DNA from: a virus
Length of the DNA: 64,000 bases
Reading direction: 5' to 3' (one strand)
Virus record (IMG/VR): IMGVR_UViG_3300025598_000030
Coordinates: 20,181-84,180 of that record
Below, one piece after another: positions 12,001 through 22,300 of the stretch. Made by a program: the position numbers and the translations under genes. The notes beneath the pieces are model-generated. The model had not been told where the DNA came from. It searched no databases and worked only from the letters and a program-made list of their open reading frames with translations. Numbering within the stretch: position 1 is the stretch's first letter; each line of letters opens with the position of its first letter.

Positions 12001-15000
12001 TTAATAATGTTCCATTATCAAACAATTCTCTTGCAAATATGAATTTAGCATTTCTTCTTTCAAAAACATAAACCGAACCGGAATTAGAAATATCATCATA
12101 AAATTTAGTCGTATTATTATCAAAAGTGGTTGTACCACCATCTATCATGGTATTCAAACGTTGAACACCGGTTGACGAAATATAAATTGTATTATTATCT
12201 TTTATATTAATAAAAGTTCCGAAGTTTAATCTTTGATTTTTCAAAGGATTATGTATCGTTTGTATTAATTGATACCCAGATGATGTATTATTATAAACAT
12301 AAACTTTTCCAGGCCCATTGATGTCATCACCTACAGATGCCGAGGATACAAACAAGTATTGACTGTCATCTGTTATTGCTATTGCCGATCCCCAATAATC
12401 TGTAATCGAAAGATCCGATGGCGGACTAATCGAATCGATTAAAGTAGTTCCGTTATAAATTCTTACACTAGAACTAGTATTATGAACTGTTGGCATAGAG
12501 ATTGCAATAACAGAACCTGTTGCATCACCGGTAATTAGGTATTTGTCTGTACCAGTAGTAAGGTTAATGACATTATTTAGAGTCAATGTTCCATTTATAC
12601 CAGTTGCAGTAGTTTCAACATTTAAATTAAATGAATAAACTTTCGACTCTAACGGTGAAGTAACATATAATGTTTTATTTCCGTAAATATCAAATGATTT
12701 TGTAAGATAAATCTCATCACCAAACGATGTAGTAGTTGTGTTTATATAATCAACTATAAACTGTCCGGTAACAAAATTAACCTGAACTAAGTTCGCATCA
12801 GGAGCACCCGAAATAATGATATTAAAATCAGGATCATATATTAAAGATTTACCAAGAGATGTTTGAGATGAACTTAATGTAGGATCATTTACTTCAAAAG
12901 TCCCAATTAATGCAGGTGTTTGATTATATAACCCATTATAAATGAATACTTTTCCATATCCAGTGCTAATATCATGATAATATGGCGCACTTACTGCTAA
13001 AATATCTGCATTAACTGCTGTAGCTAAACGATACCCGAAACGTTGGTCTATTGATTGTACCCCATTTACAAACGATATAGAAGGATTAAAATTATTATTC
13101 TTTTGGTAAACTGCCCATTTTGATTGTAAAGTTCCAGCATCGCCCATATCGGCCCATATTGTCTCTCCAAAATTTAAAAATAAATTATTTTGAAGATTAT
13201 CAATATCGTCGAAGCTACTAACTCTTACACTAATAAATTTAAATAATAATGCGTTTGTAGTCGACGGAGCTATTGAACTTAATGTAGTTTCTACCGCAAA
13301 TGAAGTTAAATTAGGTATACTAATTATTTCATAGACACCGTCGGTATTGTTATCTAATCCAATAATAGAAACGATATCACCTACTGATAAATTATGATAG
13401 ACATCAGTTGTAAACACCATCGAAGTGGCCGGGTTTAATATAGCTGAATTTATTACATTTGCTACTTGTTTTGTATAACGTCGAACATCCCAATCATGAT
13501 TATCTGTAAATCCGATCCAGATAGTATCCCCATCATTAAGACTAGTATTATTAGCAATATCAAATAAACTATTTTTATTATAAGCGGTAGCAGTAATATC
13601 ATCTATTCTTACATAGCCTGCAGTAGGTAATAATAAATTGTTACTGTTATATGTACATGATGGTATTGTAGAAAATACTTGATTTGAAGAATAATCTGTC
13701 GGAATGATGCTTAGATCTGATGGTAAAATATACGATATAGCATCATTATTTCCGATTATTGGTTGGTCAACAAATGTTATAATTTGACTATTTTCTTTAA
13801 AATCTGTTTCTCTTAATGGAAATTCTATCTCATTATATGTTGTATAATTACCGTAAGATCCGATTCTAAATGCCCATTCCTCATTGAATTGCAATTGCCC
13901 TTGTAGATTATGTATACTGGCTTTTGATAGTTTTTGTATAGCATTAGCTGTGCCTTTTTCTCTAATAAATCCTTGATAGAATTTATATTGAGCTATCGGG
14001 TCAACTATAATATTAGTTAGATAATTTCTCGGAGTATAACCTATTAAATGTTGTGCAGCTTTTTGCTGTCCGGCATCGAAATTATCTATATCTAAACTAT
14101 AGAAATCTTCAAATTGACTTATTTTATAATCAAAATTCGGTAACAATGCAGCGACCGGTTTTGTTCCTAAAATATTCCATGAACTAGCATCAAAGGTTGC
14201 AACTCCCGATAGGCTAGTTTTAGCTGCATAATATTTTCCGGAATATTTAACAACATCAGCAGCTGAATAATCAGTAAAGGGTTGCCAGCTTGATATAATT
14301 GCTTCGTCATATACAAATCCCGGAACCAAGTAATCGCCATTCCAATCTCCAGTAATGAATCCAGAGATCTTCATTCTAGATTGTCTATATCCGGTTTCAA
14401 TATCGTAAACAATGTCTCCGAATATAGTATTATTATTCAATATAATCGAATGTTCTTTTTGAACTAAATTCAATCTTGCAAAATATAACCCTTGGTTAGT
14501 ATTCTGCGCTGTAATAGAACAAATATTATCTTCTCTTGAAATATTAAATTTGTCATGTGGAAATGGTAACCCTGTAGCAGTTAATAAACTATATTCATAA
14601 AAACTATCGAGTACATTATCTACTACAGAATCAGTAAATTGGAATTGAATCTGATTAGAAAATGGACTAATAGTTATAACAGAACCATTACCCCATGATT
14701 GAGTAGTCCAATATAAAAATTCTTTAGCACTAAAATTCCAATCAATCACTGAGCCTAAATCGGAATTATATTGATTAAATTGGAAACCTTGATTAATTAG
14801 GTATTGACCATATCCTAATATAATATCATATATTTCTTGTATTGTATCAAATTTCGAACCATATGGTATTATTGTAACATTTTCATCAAAAGATTTAGTA
14901 GCTAATGCTGATGATCCGCCGACAATCGGTAATTGTGATATTTTAATATGATTGATAATATTAAAAGAGGAACCAGAATTTTCTGTTGCATTAACTGTAT

Positions 15001-18000
15001 AAAATTGATTGTTATATTCAACAATTTGTCCTGTTTGATAAAGAGTATTTTCTGTCCATGTTAAGAAAGGAACTGTTTTCCCTCCTACAGTAACCAATGT
15101 ATCACTAGAGGTATGTATAGGCAATTGCACACTAAATCGTGGATTTTCTTTATCATAACCTTTAATTACAAATTGTGCATTATTTTTTTCTACAATAATA
15201 CCAGAAATACTCACAGTCTTAACAGGATTACTAATTGTATAAAATAAAGTATAATCTTCTTCTGATAATGCAACTCCGGGACTAGCAGAATTAGGACTTA
15301 CTGAATCGATTAATATTTCTAATTTATTTTTACTCAAAAACCCGCCGGCTTTATAGAATAGATTAAAATTTGCATATAATAAATCGTTTTTAAGACTGGT
15401 CAAATATCCTAAAGACTTCTTTTTTCCATTTTCCACTACAAGCATACTATAACCAGAAGTTAAAGTATTATTATCTGAAAAAATAGAAACAGAATTTAAA
15501 TTTAAGAAACTATTTAAAGAACCATAGCGATATTGACCTGTTGCATCTTTAGTCAACCTAGCAGGATCATACATTTTTGCAGCATAATCAGCAGGCTTTG
15601 ATAAAGCACAAATTACTTGTGCTGCAAATGGCCAAAGACTGCTGCGTCTCCATGCAGTTTCGGCCGGACTGTAATCGCCAAATACCCAATCTTGTGTGCT
15701 ATTATTAAAAAATCCTTCATTAACAATACCACTCCAGTATCTAAGGTCGACAAGGTTGCCGTGTTCGTCTACCGGAATCGCATTGGTTAATCCTGGTCTA
15801 ACATATACTTCGTCTACCCCTGCTCGATCTCCGTACCTTATCAACCCTGCCTCTAAATCTTGCCATAAATTTAAATTTCCAGACGTATAAGGAGCAGGTC
15901 CGTATTCTTCTTCCCACCAAGAAGGCATAATACTAAATCCCAACATCTCCCAAGGGCAGGTATCCGGGCGATCGGTATCAAAATAATACTTATAAATGCC
16001 TCTCCACCCGCCGGCCGGCAGCGGAGTCTCTGTAATATAATCGACATTTGATCCGTAATTATAAGTTTTGTAATTATCTACATCATAATCGAGATTTTCT
16101 ATATAATTTATATTAAATGTAGAGGTCCATTTAATGAAGTCTGCTGAAACTAATTTATATATCTCTGAATATGTATAATCATTTGTTCTATATAATCCGG
16201 GAAGAATTTTATCAATGTTAATTAATTCTCGATTATATTCAACCTTAATATTATTAAAAACTCTTAATTCGAATTCTAATAATATTAAATCTCTGAGATC
16301 ATAATTTCCTTGATTAAAATTATCGATAGTTGTATATGCAATAGTTAAACTGCCGTCATGCCCTTGTAATACTACTTGAGGTACAGAATATGAATAATCT
16401 ATAAAAATATTTGGAATATATTTCGGATATAATCCTAACTTTGTAGGAGTCGGAGGAACATAATTACCTATTGTAGATGTATAATCTTTAATTACTAAGA
16501 CATCACCGACAGATAATGTAGCAGTTACTTCTACTGTTGAATATGTTTCATTAAATGTATAATCTCGACCGTATGCTAACGAACTATCATTCAAATATAA
16601 TAAAACAGATCTATAAGAAAGATTATCTAACGAGTACCCAGAAGTTAATGGATATGTGGTATTTCTAACGTCAGTTATGGTATATTTTTGTGTAACAACA
16701 TTATTTCCATAAGCGATCATATCACTTTGACTATATGGAAATGAAGAATTTTTACTTAAATTTATTTCAGATAATATCGAGTCTAATGCATCTGCAGGAG
16801 TTAAATTTATATCTGCATTGGTAGAAAATTTAATAAGATTTAATTTAAATTGATAATAATCATTTCCTACTGATCTAATTGCAGGGATTAATCCGTGCTC
16901 TATATTAGTAATAAATTCTTGAGAAAAGGATAGTGGATTATTACTTGTAATAATTCTAGATCCATATTTGCTTATATCGGGCAAACTTTTTAGATTACTA
17001 ATACCTGGATAATTCCCAACAAATCTAGGATCCTTATCGACCATTGTTTTAACATGATCGGAAATCTCACTAAATGTAAATTGCAAAATTTGTCCGTTTA
17101 GTGGATTATTAGTCAGGTTGATCGGAGTTTCATATACCCCAGTATCATTAGGATCTGAAGAAGTATACAAGTTAATTAAAACATTTGTAGCAGTATTCAC
17201 CGAATTATTCAGTTTGACAGATAATTCAGTTTTGTCTTTCACTAATGTATATTGCGAATTTAGTAATTTTGCATTATTAACAAATACTTCTAAAGTTAAG
17301 TCATTAATTAATGCAGGATTATCAAATGCTGTAACAGATATGCTATCACCACTGTTTATTGATTGAAATTGTTGTACAGGTATTTGATAAGACTCACCCT
17401 TAGTCCATATGTTAACAAAATTAAACCCCAAATCGCCATTGTTAATTCTTAAGAATGTCTCCGATGTCGGAACATCTGTTACTGCTGTAGGAGATAATAA
17501 TTTAATAATATCTGAATTAAAGTAATTTTGAAATAAGAATAATCCTTCTATTCCGACATCTTTATACAATAATGGAAATCCTAATATAGGATCATTTGTT
17601 CCTGTGCCGATTGCATAACCGAATAACTTATTTCCTGAAAAAATAGAATCATAATACGTTTTATCGCTATAACTATTCCCATTAGCATCATATAAATCAA
17701 ACAACGGAGCTTGATTTAAAACAGTACGTTGTTGAGCAGTGACCCATTCAGAACCATTAAACCACCATTCTATTGCTTTACCGGTAGTGCCGAAAAGCGT
17801 TACCATACTATTTCCGAAGACTGGATCGATCTTTTTAACTAGATTAATTTTATAGACGCCGAAAATACTACTTAACGTAGCTTCGAATACTTTACCTCTT
17901 ACTAACGGGTCAGTATCAGCATTAAAAATTACTAATTGACCTGGTTGTAAAGGTAATCCATCAACAGTAGCCGATGTTGCGCTTTCTATAGTAGAAAATG

Positions 18001-19321
18001 CATCTTTTGTTACTTGATCAATAACATCAACAGAGGGTATACTATTTGTACCGAAATTATAAAGTTGTAAATCAGGTCTAAATTCTATGATAGGATAGAC
18101 AGCTCGTTGATTGATCGGAAATGTTGGAATATTTCCATTAGCAGCGGCTGATTTACGAATAACATCACTATGGAACCAACGATTATATCGAGACCACGGA
18201 TTGAGATCTCTACTTGATCGATTAATAGTAATATATTCCGGAGTTAATGGAAGATTTTGAAAATTATCAAAAGGATAATCGTCAAATAAAGTTGTATCAA
18301 AGTTATCATCATATTGTGTTGAGACATTTTCAGGAGTTTGTAAAACAGAAAAATCTACCAATCTAATAGAATCCCCCACTCCTTCAACAATATAATCTTT
18401 ACCTAAATAAGATTCAGGAATTACATTTCCAGCAAAATTAATTTTTAATCCATTAATTAATTCTATTCCATTAGCAGTAGTGTAAGTTGCTTTACCGATA
18501 ATATCTGCATTGATATCTAAATAAGAATTTTCTGTAATATTTCTAACTAAGATATTTCCCGGCACAACAGTCGTATCATCAGATGCATAATAAAGAATTC
18601 CGGGCAAAGTATCAACTACTGTAAAAATAATCTGCCCATTGCTAACACCGTTGCCGGTTAATGAACCGCCCGAGCCTGGTTCATTATTTGTTTTAATATA
18701 GAATGTATGTTTAGAATTAATATTAAGAACGTAAGTTACGCCTTTATAAAATGTTAGAACTGGATCTTCAGTTAGCCCATCTGGCGTGAATACAAAATAA
18801 CTTCCATCCGCAGAATCTGTTACTGTATACGTGCTAACGGTATTTCGTTGTTGGCCAGTTATGGTAACTGCATCAGGACCCATCGGTAACCAGTAGTATT
18901 CTCTAAAATTAACAAACTTATCCCAATCAATATGTGGATAATATGAATTAACATCAGGTGAAAACAACTTATTAAAATTACTTGTATTAGCACCATAGAA
19001 AGATAATTGATTTACTAAATCATCTATACCAAAAACATTTTTAATATTTCCTAGAGAATCTTGATTGATCAATGCTGGTTCAAATTGATATTTGTTTCTT
19101 AGTTCATTGCTACTAATATTAGAATTATTAACATAAACATCAGTTAATGAATTGTATGTCGGGCTTAATTTGCTACCTACAAATCCGTTAAATCTTGTTA
19201 AAGATGGAACCGAATAGAGAGGATCAAGTGCTCCGGATAAAAATTTAGTATTTTTATTGGTTTGAAAATAAGAAGGAAGTAAATTTACTGATTTTCTACG
19301 GTTTTTATTTGAATTACTCAT
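6023..19321 (-). CDS. Giant virion / baseplate wedge-region protein (4432 aa, gp7-like position)
   Basis: One uninterrupted ORF directly downstream of the gp6 homologue. It contains FG-GAP-like propeller motifs, W-x4-Y-x4-V-x-Y motifs, GSGYT repeats and F-x-GDG repeats. The function is inferred from synteny. Confidence 0.7.
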   Translation of the reverse strand: MSNSNKNRRKSVNLLPSYFQTNKNTKFLSGALDPLYSVPSLTRFNGFVGSKLSPTYNSLTDVYVNNSNISSNELRNKYQFEPALINQDSLGNIKNVFGIDDLVNQLSFYGANTSNFNKLFSPDVNSYYPHIDWDKFVNFREYYWLPMGPDAVTITGQQRNTVSTYTVTDSADGSYFVFTPDGLTEDPVLTFYKGVTYVLNINSKHTFYIKTNNEPGSGGSLTGNGVSNGQIIFTVVDTLPGILYYASDDTTVVPGNILVRNITENSYLDINADIIGKATYTTANGIELINGLKINFAGNVIPESYLGKDYIVEGVGDSIRLVDFSVLQTPENVSTQYDDNFDTTLFDDYPFDNFQNLPLTPEYITINRSSRDLNPWSRYNRWFHSDVIRKSAAANGNIPTFPINQRAVYPIIEFRPDLQLYNFGTNSIPSVDVIDQVTKDAFSTIESATSATVDGLPLQPGQLVIFNADTDPLVRGKVFEATLSSIFGVYKINLVKKIDPVFGNSMVTLFGTTGKAIEWWFNGSEWVTAQQRTVLNQAPLFDLYDANGNSYSDKTYYDSIFSGNKLFGYAIGTGTNDPILGFPLLYKDVGIEGLFLFQNYFNSDIIKLLSPTAVTDVPTSETFLRINNGDLGFNFVNIWTKGESYQIPVQQFQSINSGDSISVTAFDNPALINDLTLEVFVNNAKLLNSQYTLVKDKTELSVKLNNSVNTATNVLINLYTSSDPNDTGVYETPINLTNNPLNGQILQFTFSEISDHVKTMVDKDPRFVGNYPGISNLKSLPDISKYGSRIITSNNPLSFSQEFITNIEHGLIPAIRSVGNDYYQFKLNLIKFSTNADINLTPADALDSILSEINLSKNSSFPYSQSDMIAYGNNVVTQKYTITDVRNTTYPLTSGYSLDNLSYRSVLLYLNDSSLAYGRDYTFNETYSTVEVTATLSVGDVLVIKDYTSTIGNYVPPTPTKLGLYPKYIPNIFIDYSYSVPQVVLQGHDGSLTIAYTTIDNFNQGNYDLRDLILLEFELRVFNNIKVEYNRELINIDKILPGLYRTNDYTYSEIYKLVSADFIKWTSTFNINYIENLDYDVDNYKTYNYGSNVDYITETPLPAGGWRGIYKYYFDTDRPDTCPWEMLGFSIMPSWWEEEYGPAPYTSGNLNLWQDLEAGLIRYGDRAGVDEVYVRPGLTNAIPVDEHGNLVDLRYWSGIVNEGFFNNSTQDWVFGDYSPAETAWRRSSLWPFAAQVICALSKPADYAAKMYDPARLTKDATGQYRYGSLNSFLNLNSVSIFSDNNTLTSGYSMLVVENGKKKSLGYLTSLKNDLLYANFNLFYKAGGFLSKNKLEILIDSVSPNSASPGVALSEEDYTLFYTISNPVKTVSISGIIVEKNNAQFVIKGYDKENPRFSVQLPIHTSSDTLVTVGGKTVPFLTWTENTLYQTGQIVEYNNQFYTVNATENSGSSFNIINHIKISQLPIVGGSSALATKSFDENVTIIPYGSKFDTIQEIYDIILGYGQYLINQGFQFNQYNSDLGSVIDWNFSAKEFLYWTTQSWGNGSVITISPFSNQIQFQFTDSVVDNVLDSFYEYSLLTATGLPFPHDKFNISREDNICSITAQNTNQGLYFARLNLVQKEHSIILNNNTIFGDIVYDIETGYRQSRMKISGFITGDWNGDYLVPGFVYDEAIISSWQPFTDYSAADVVKYSGKYYAAKTSLSGVATFDASSWNILGTKPVAALLPNFDYKISQFEDFYSLDIDNFDAGQQKAAQHLIGYTPRNYLTNIIVDPIAQYKFYQGFIREKGTANAIQKLSKASIHNLQGQLQFNEEWAFRIGSYGNYTTYNEIEFPLRETDFKENSQIITFVDQPIIGNNDAISYILPSDLSIIPTDYSSNQVFSTIPSCTYNSNNLLLPTAGYVRIDDITATAYNKNSLFDIANNTSLNDGDTIWIGFTDNHDWDVRRYTKQVANVINSAILNPATSMVFTTDVYHNLSVGDIVSIIGLDNNTDGVYEIISIPNLTSFAVETTLSSIAPSTTNALLFKFISVRVSSFDDIDNLQNNLFLNFGETIWADMGDAGTLQSKWAVYQKNNNFNPSISFVNGVQSIDQRFGYRLATAVNADILAVSAPYYHDISTGYGKVFIYNGLYNQTPALIGTFEVNDPTLSSSQTSLGKSLIYDPDFNIIISGAPDANLVQVNFVTGQFIVDYINTTTTSFGDEIYLTKSFDIYGNKTLYVTSPLESKVYSFNLNVETTATGINGTLTLNNVINLTTGTDKYLITGDATGSVIAISMPTVHNTSSSVRIYNGTTLIDSISPPSDLSITDYWGSAIAITDDSQYLFVSSASVGDDINGPGKVYVYNNTSSGYQLIQTIHNPLKNQRLNFGTFINIKDNNTIYISSTGVQRLNTMIDGGTTTFDNNTTKFYDDISNSGSVYVFERRNAKFIFARELFDNGTLLNGSSYGSSVAISNGNVFVGAPTATPDHGAFYQFAEIIKNSPTWNILRQEDDLVDLSKIKKAITIDSQSSKILDYLDIVDPVKGKILGLADQEIKYKTEFDPATYSIGVQGVNVDTNTSWIEEHVGELWWDLSTVKYVWYEQSDLEYRKNSWGNLFPGCSIDVYEWIQSEYLPSQWSALADTTAGLAENISGQPKYPDDSVISVKQYYDSNTGAATNVYFYWVKNTVIVPNVSNRRLSANDVSNLIYNPASNGTKFVSILSQNSIAITNVTNDLDSNNIYLNIASDSINNSINKHTEWVLLSEGDENYMPTTMLNRKLIDSLVGYDSLGNPVPDPTLSDRQKYGIEFRPKQSMFVNRTEALHNVIEYVNGIFSQYRITDIADFTNLNSKEEIPDVYSRTYDLIVNSYDELVNLVTIGIEPAILSCQITDGSITSVQIVNSGTSYGTLLPVELDSYGNPIAWAGPSVEIIAAPGDTLGNASITTTINSNGNIITTSIVNAGIGFSSSPTLVVRPYTVIVTSDSNSDNLWAQYQRINNKWVKMHTQDYDTTQYWSYVDWSSNDYDELKSLTATVDEIWQLNTLTVADGSYVKVANQGNGKYIILEKVSSGGDFTDQYNLVLSENATIQLSDDLWNIANSTYNYDSYFTYDQTLYDQTPITELVNVLNAIKNDIFVGSLKVYWNYTFFKAVKYAFSEQKFLDWAFKTAFLNVKNLAGSLDQRPVYRFQNSEYYEEYLEEVKPYHSKVRNYQINYDILDNSQSYITDFDLPAYYDNENSSFVNVLDIPKLLTEYPWKSWNDNYTLSVDSAYVVSAGSGYTAVPQVQIIPAIGDTGLGATGEAYISLGKVTSVIITNPGSGYTKTPTITLVGGGSTSLIPAKVYARMSNTKVRQNSLEMKFDRITPSSEISNTSVYDQFIADGNTYEFTLSWPADNAKSNISIIISNNDIGTRVLATQYNIATTKQFINGYHRLVSKLILNFVPTQGQVVSITYNKRIDIFSAVDRVNYYYDPTIGMPGNDVSQLMSGIDPSIPQIQGLTFDYTTNWDMTPYGNSLYGDDSSYYTTATVVATAITGTNTLFVNTIQGISPGLRVNTVALSTATANDNKFGSSTVLVTSVTNSYTIGFSLNIPTNSYNQSNADTNAITVSISNSNEAAAIAANPSNYEIIFNGGVIAAVGGISGPAPNTSVYTITGTWPSNSTAFPITLQYINYAVYSAVIFDTPIIETITPGTTLLEFWDYNLTPGVLDTILDGGDLGYTTAFGINPEDIIVDGDQFISPYISNSPEEMIKGQMYESVGISVYTRTHTGSPLVSHSINQIIQTSTTTVFNLPMMPPNVDSAMVVFNNEVLSYGYDYNLNFDNDTIIINTQTSTGTVGITIVGIGGVDLITNDFVTESNVTTISAHVGFAEEIGSIYATLNGIQLTPTQYTISSGRLIVSGLPIGDYTLQTWSFSSTHNQFSDVTEEYFVGDGITSSYQLTVYPGNLGPANAQAIVEIDTKRLISPTTVYYSVAGGQTVFLIDPNDTYPSGTFDSSEVEIYVNGIKIRNGIDFYVDQPNNTVVFYNGFLQTGDAMAITNHTFSDYYFNNGYIYIKPSANYGVGNVLKVISFTDGDNSLIRTDTFISRPSNRYTLSRPALSDQYIWVTIENNALVNGLDFSLDSTGQILSIRDTYPYTQGQTISVLSMTNAYLNKGSVGYRVFTDILGRSQFKRLSRGNTTQLAEPLYSTSTTIVVEDADVLTEPDLVRKIPGAILINGEWIEYLTVNNNVLSNLRRSSLGTGANSVYPAGTSVIDQGISQNAPYKETTIKQILTVTNTASYLINGISLTTSTLNDQFTVLYAGNLLNKLSYYKQDISVGYDPYPFNIIGSTSTASTATFSTSVNLYDSYLVTTTNQVWVYLNSNNINSINGFMYTGINYIQPDYVINNLTSYGTTATAVLNLNLTGLITGTHITVLQKVATNNMYASTNTSILTDNGLFAVFLRDAPATIPDKYYYGQI

Positions 19322-19335
19322 TATAAAGTTGGTCC

Positions 19336-22300
19336 TTAACTACTCGAAACGATCAATGTTGCATTTAATTCTGATGCTGTTAAACTACTTAGTATTTGTA
19401 TATCACTGACTGTTGCGCCACTAATAAAAATTTCGTTACTCTGGCAAGTTATCTGAAATAAACTTCCAAAACTGTTATTAGTCGACTTCGGAACTATAAC
19501 AAAGTTAGTAATGTCCGGTGTCATTATATTCATAACATACGTTACTAACTCACCGAAATTAAAGGTTTGTCCGAAATCCCAATTTTCTATTGCAAAAAAG
19601 TTATTAATTGCAGTTAAAATACTCGATTGTAAACTAGTTGCACTAAGTGTGCTTGTTGGACTTTGAACTGCTTTGAAAGTTGCTTGTAACGATGTCGGTG
19701 CCGGGCCACCGAATAATACTTTGTAAATTGCAGGATGATATACGATTTCATCACTTATGCTTTTAATTGGTTCTAAATATGATGAATAATTATTTTCTAA
19801 ACTTTGTGATGTTGGAGTAATAGGTGCTGTTCCAGTTCCTGACATTAACCAACTTCTATATTCTGAATCATAACTACTGCTTAATAGATAAACATCAATA
19901 ATATTCATCTTCGATGGATCTAATCTTCTTTCATTTGCAGCATTATGTATATAATGAAACTTAATATTTTTTCTACCAGATCTTGCAAAATACAAGTAAG
20001 GAGACGGAGTGTCATATGAATTTGTCGAACTTGAATAAATTTTTATAAGATCTATATCATAAAAATAATATTTCTGTCCATCAATTGGGTTTACCACTGC
20101 ATTTTGATTAGGATAAGCAATTATGCTACCATTATATAAAGAATAAGTACTACCGGTAGCTGATTTTAGAAAATAGATAAATTTATCTTTGTATCCTGTC
20201 TGTAAACTATTACTATCAGGAGAAACAATATTGTTAAATGTATCAGGATCATCAATTTGACCATTATCATTGCGATCGTAAAAACTAATTAAAACTTTTT
20301 TAGGTTCTACATAACCGTCAGATTCGATAACAGCGCTATTAATTTGCCATGAATAATCATAACCTAATGAGATAGTATCTGGAGTAGGTCCTTTATTAAT
20401 CGACAATACATCTATACGATCTTTTACAACTGTATCATTTGTAAAATCATAATTCTTTGTCGATGTATCCACAAAGAAAGCTGTTTGAGCTGCGCTTTCA
20501 AATACATAATCAAGAGTTCTATATCTAACATTATATTCTTTTCCAGTCCATTGAAATGCCACCATCCAACTAGCATCGAGATTCGAATTGCTAATGTCTT
20601 TTTGATGAGATAAACTGAAAGAATTTAATAGATCTAAATTAGTATCTACAATTATATACCATGTTCGTGTTGTAGCATCGAAACTTAGTCCAAAATTTCT
20701 CTTTGATAGTGATAAATTTGCAATTTCAGTCTGTATATCATAAGATAGAATATTAATAAATTTAGGTATAATAGTCTGAGGTATTGCACTCGATGGGATG
20801 CTCAATGATGGGCTTTGTAATGATCCATTATTAATTACTTGTCCATTTCCGAATATGCTACCTGTCATAGTAATCGGCCCAACTCCGGTAACTAAATTTC
20901 CTGTTCCATTGTTAGAACCATCACCTATAATATTAACCACTTGTGCCCATATATATGATTTAGTTGTATCATCACTTATATTAGTAAGTTGTCCATTTGG
21001 TAAAAAGTAATTATTAGCAGGTGGTACAAATTTTATCAAAGATCCTGCCGATATATAAGACAAGTTACCAGTACCTAAATATCCTACAGAAACAGGGCCA
21101 GTGTAAGAGTTAAAATATCCATTAGTTTGATTTGTTAATAAATTCGATTGATTCCATGCAAGATTTGCATAGCTTAAATCAACTCTAGGATATTGATCTA
21201 AATAAAACGAGTTTAATCCTGCAGATCCTATAACTGTTGAAAGTTGTGTTTGTAAAACAGAGAAAATTTCATTTCGAGTAGTGAAAGAAAATTGAAAATT
21301 CCCTTCGTTATATTCTTTATATAAAATACCATCTGTTGCAAAAATATCAGTAGAACTATATGCTCCACTAACATCACTTAATTCATAATATTTGCTGATT
21401 CCGCTGCTAACTCTATTGATACTTTTAAGTTTAATAATATCAGGACTAACGTTGAGAGGAGCAATATTATAATCCTCAGCAGTAATCATTCTATTTTGAG
21501 TATAATATGTCTGAGGAGCTTTTAATTTAATATCGTCACTAGATTCACTACCTGAAGCATTCGATACTGTATATTGTAAACTTAAAATTAATGTTAATAA
21601 TTGAGACTGTCCTGAACTATCTGTAAAAGGAATTTGAACAGAAACATTGCTTAATTGCTCTGGTTTAATACTATAAGTTAATCCGCTACTTTGTCTATAA
21701 TATAATGCAAATGATCCATTTGGTAAATTTCCAAAACTGCCATCAGCAAACGATAGATCTATTTGATCATTATCTCTAGTTAAGACCGCATAGATATTGC
21801 GCTGGCCGGAATTCAAGCTATTATAAATGACATTATTGCCTGTTAGTGCAGGAACTTGTTGCCATAGAGTCTGTAAAGTAGTGCCGTCGAGGCTTTTTTG
21901 CCAAAGCCATACATCTGTATCATTAATGTTATTGACATTAATACCTACTAATTCGTTCGGCACCGGACTACTTACTGAAAAGCTAGCATTAGACAATGTA
22001 CCTTCGCGAAAATGAATAAAAAACCCGGTATTTGCACTACCACTTCCTTGATTATCATTTTGAAAAATTATTCCTAATGAATTACCAAGTTGCGGTGTTT
22101 CTTCATAGATATAATTATTATTAGCAAAGGTCGACGATACTAATTCAAATGATAATGTTGTTCCTGCTATGCTCTTTGTAAAACTAAAAACTGGCACATC
22201 GGCATTATTAGAATTAATCTTATATTGTTCTGTAGATATCCCATTAATCACAGAACTAATAACAGGTTTACCAAACTGTGTCGGCGAAACCATTGCAGAA

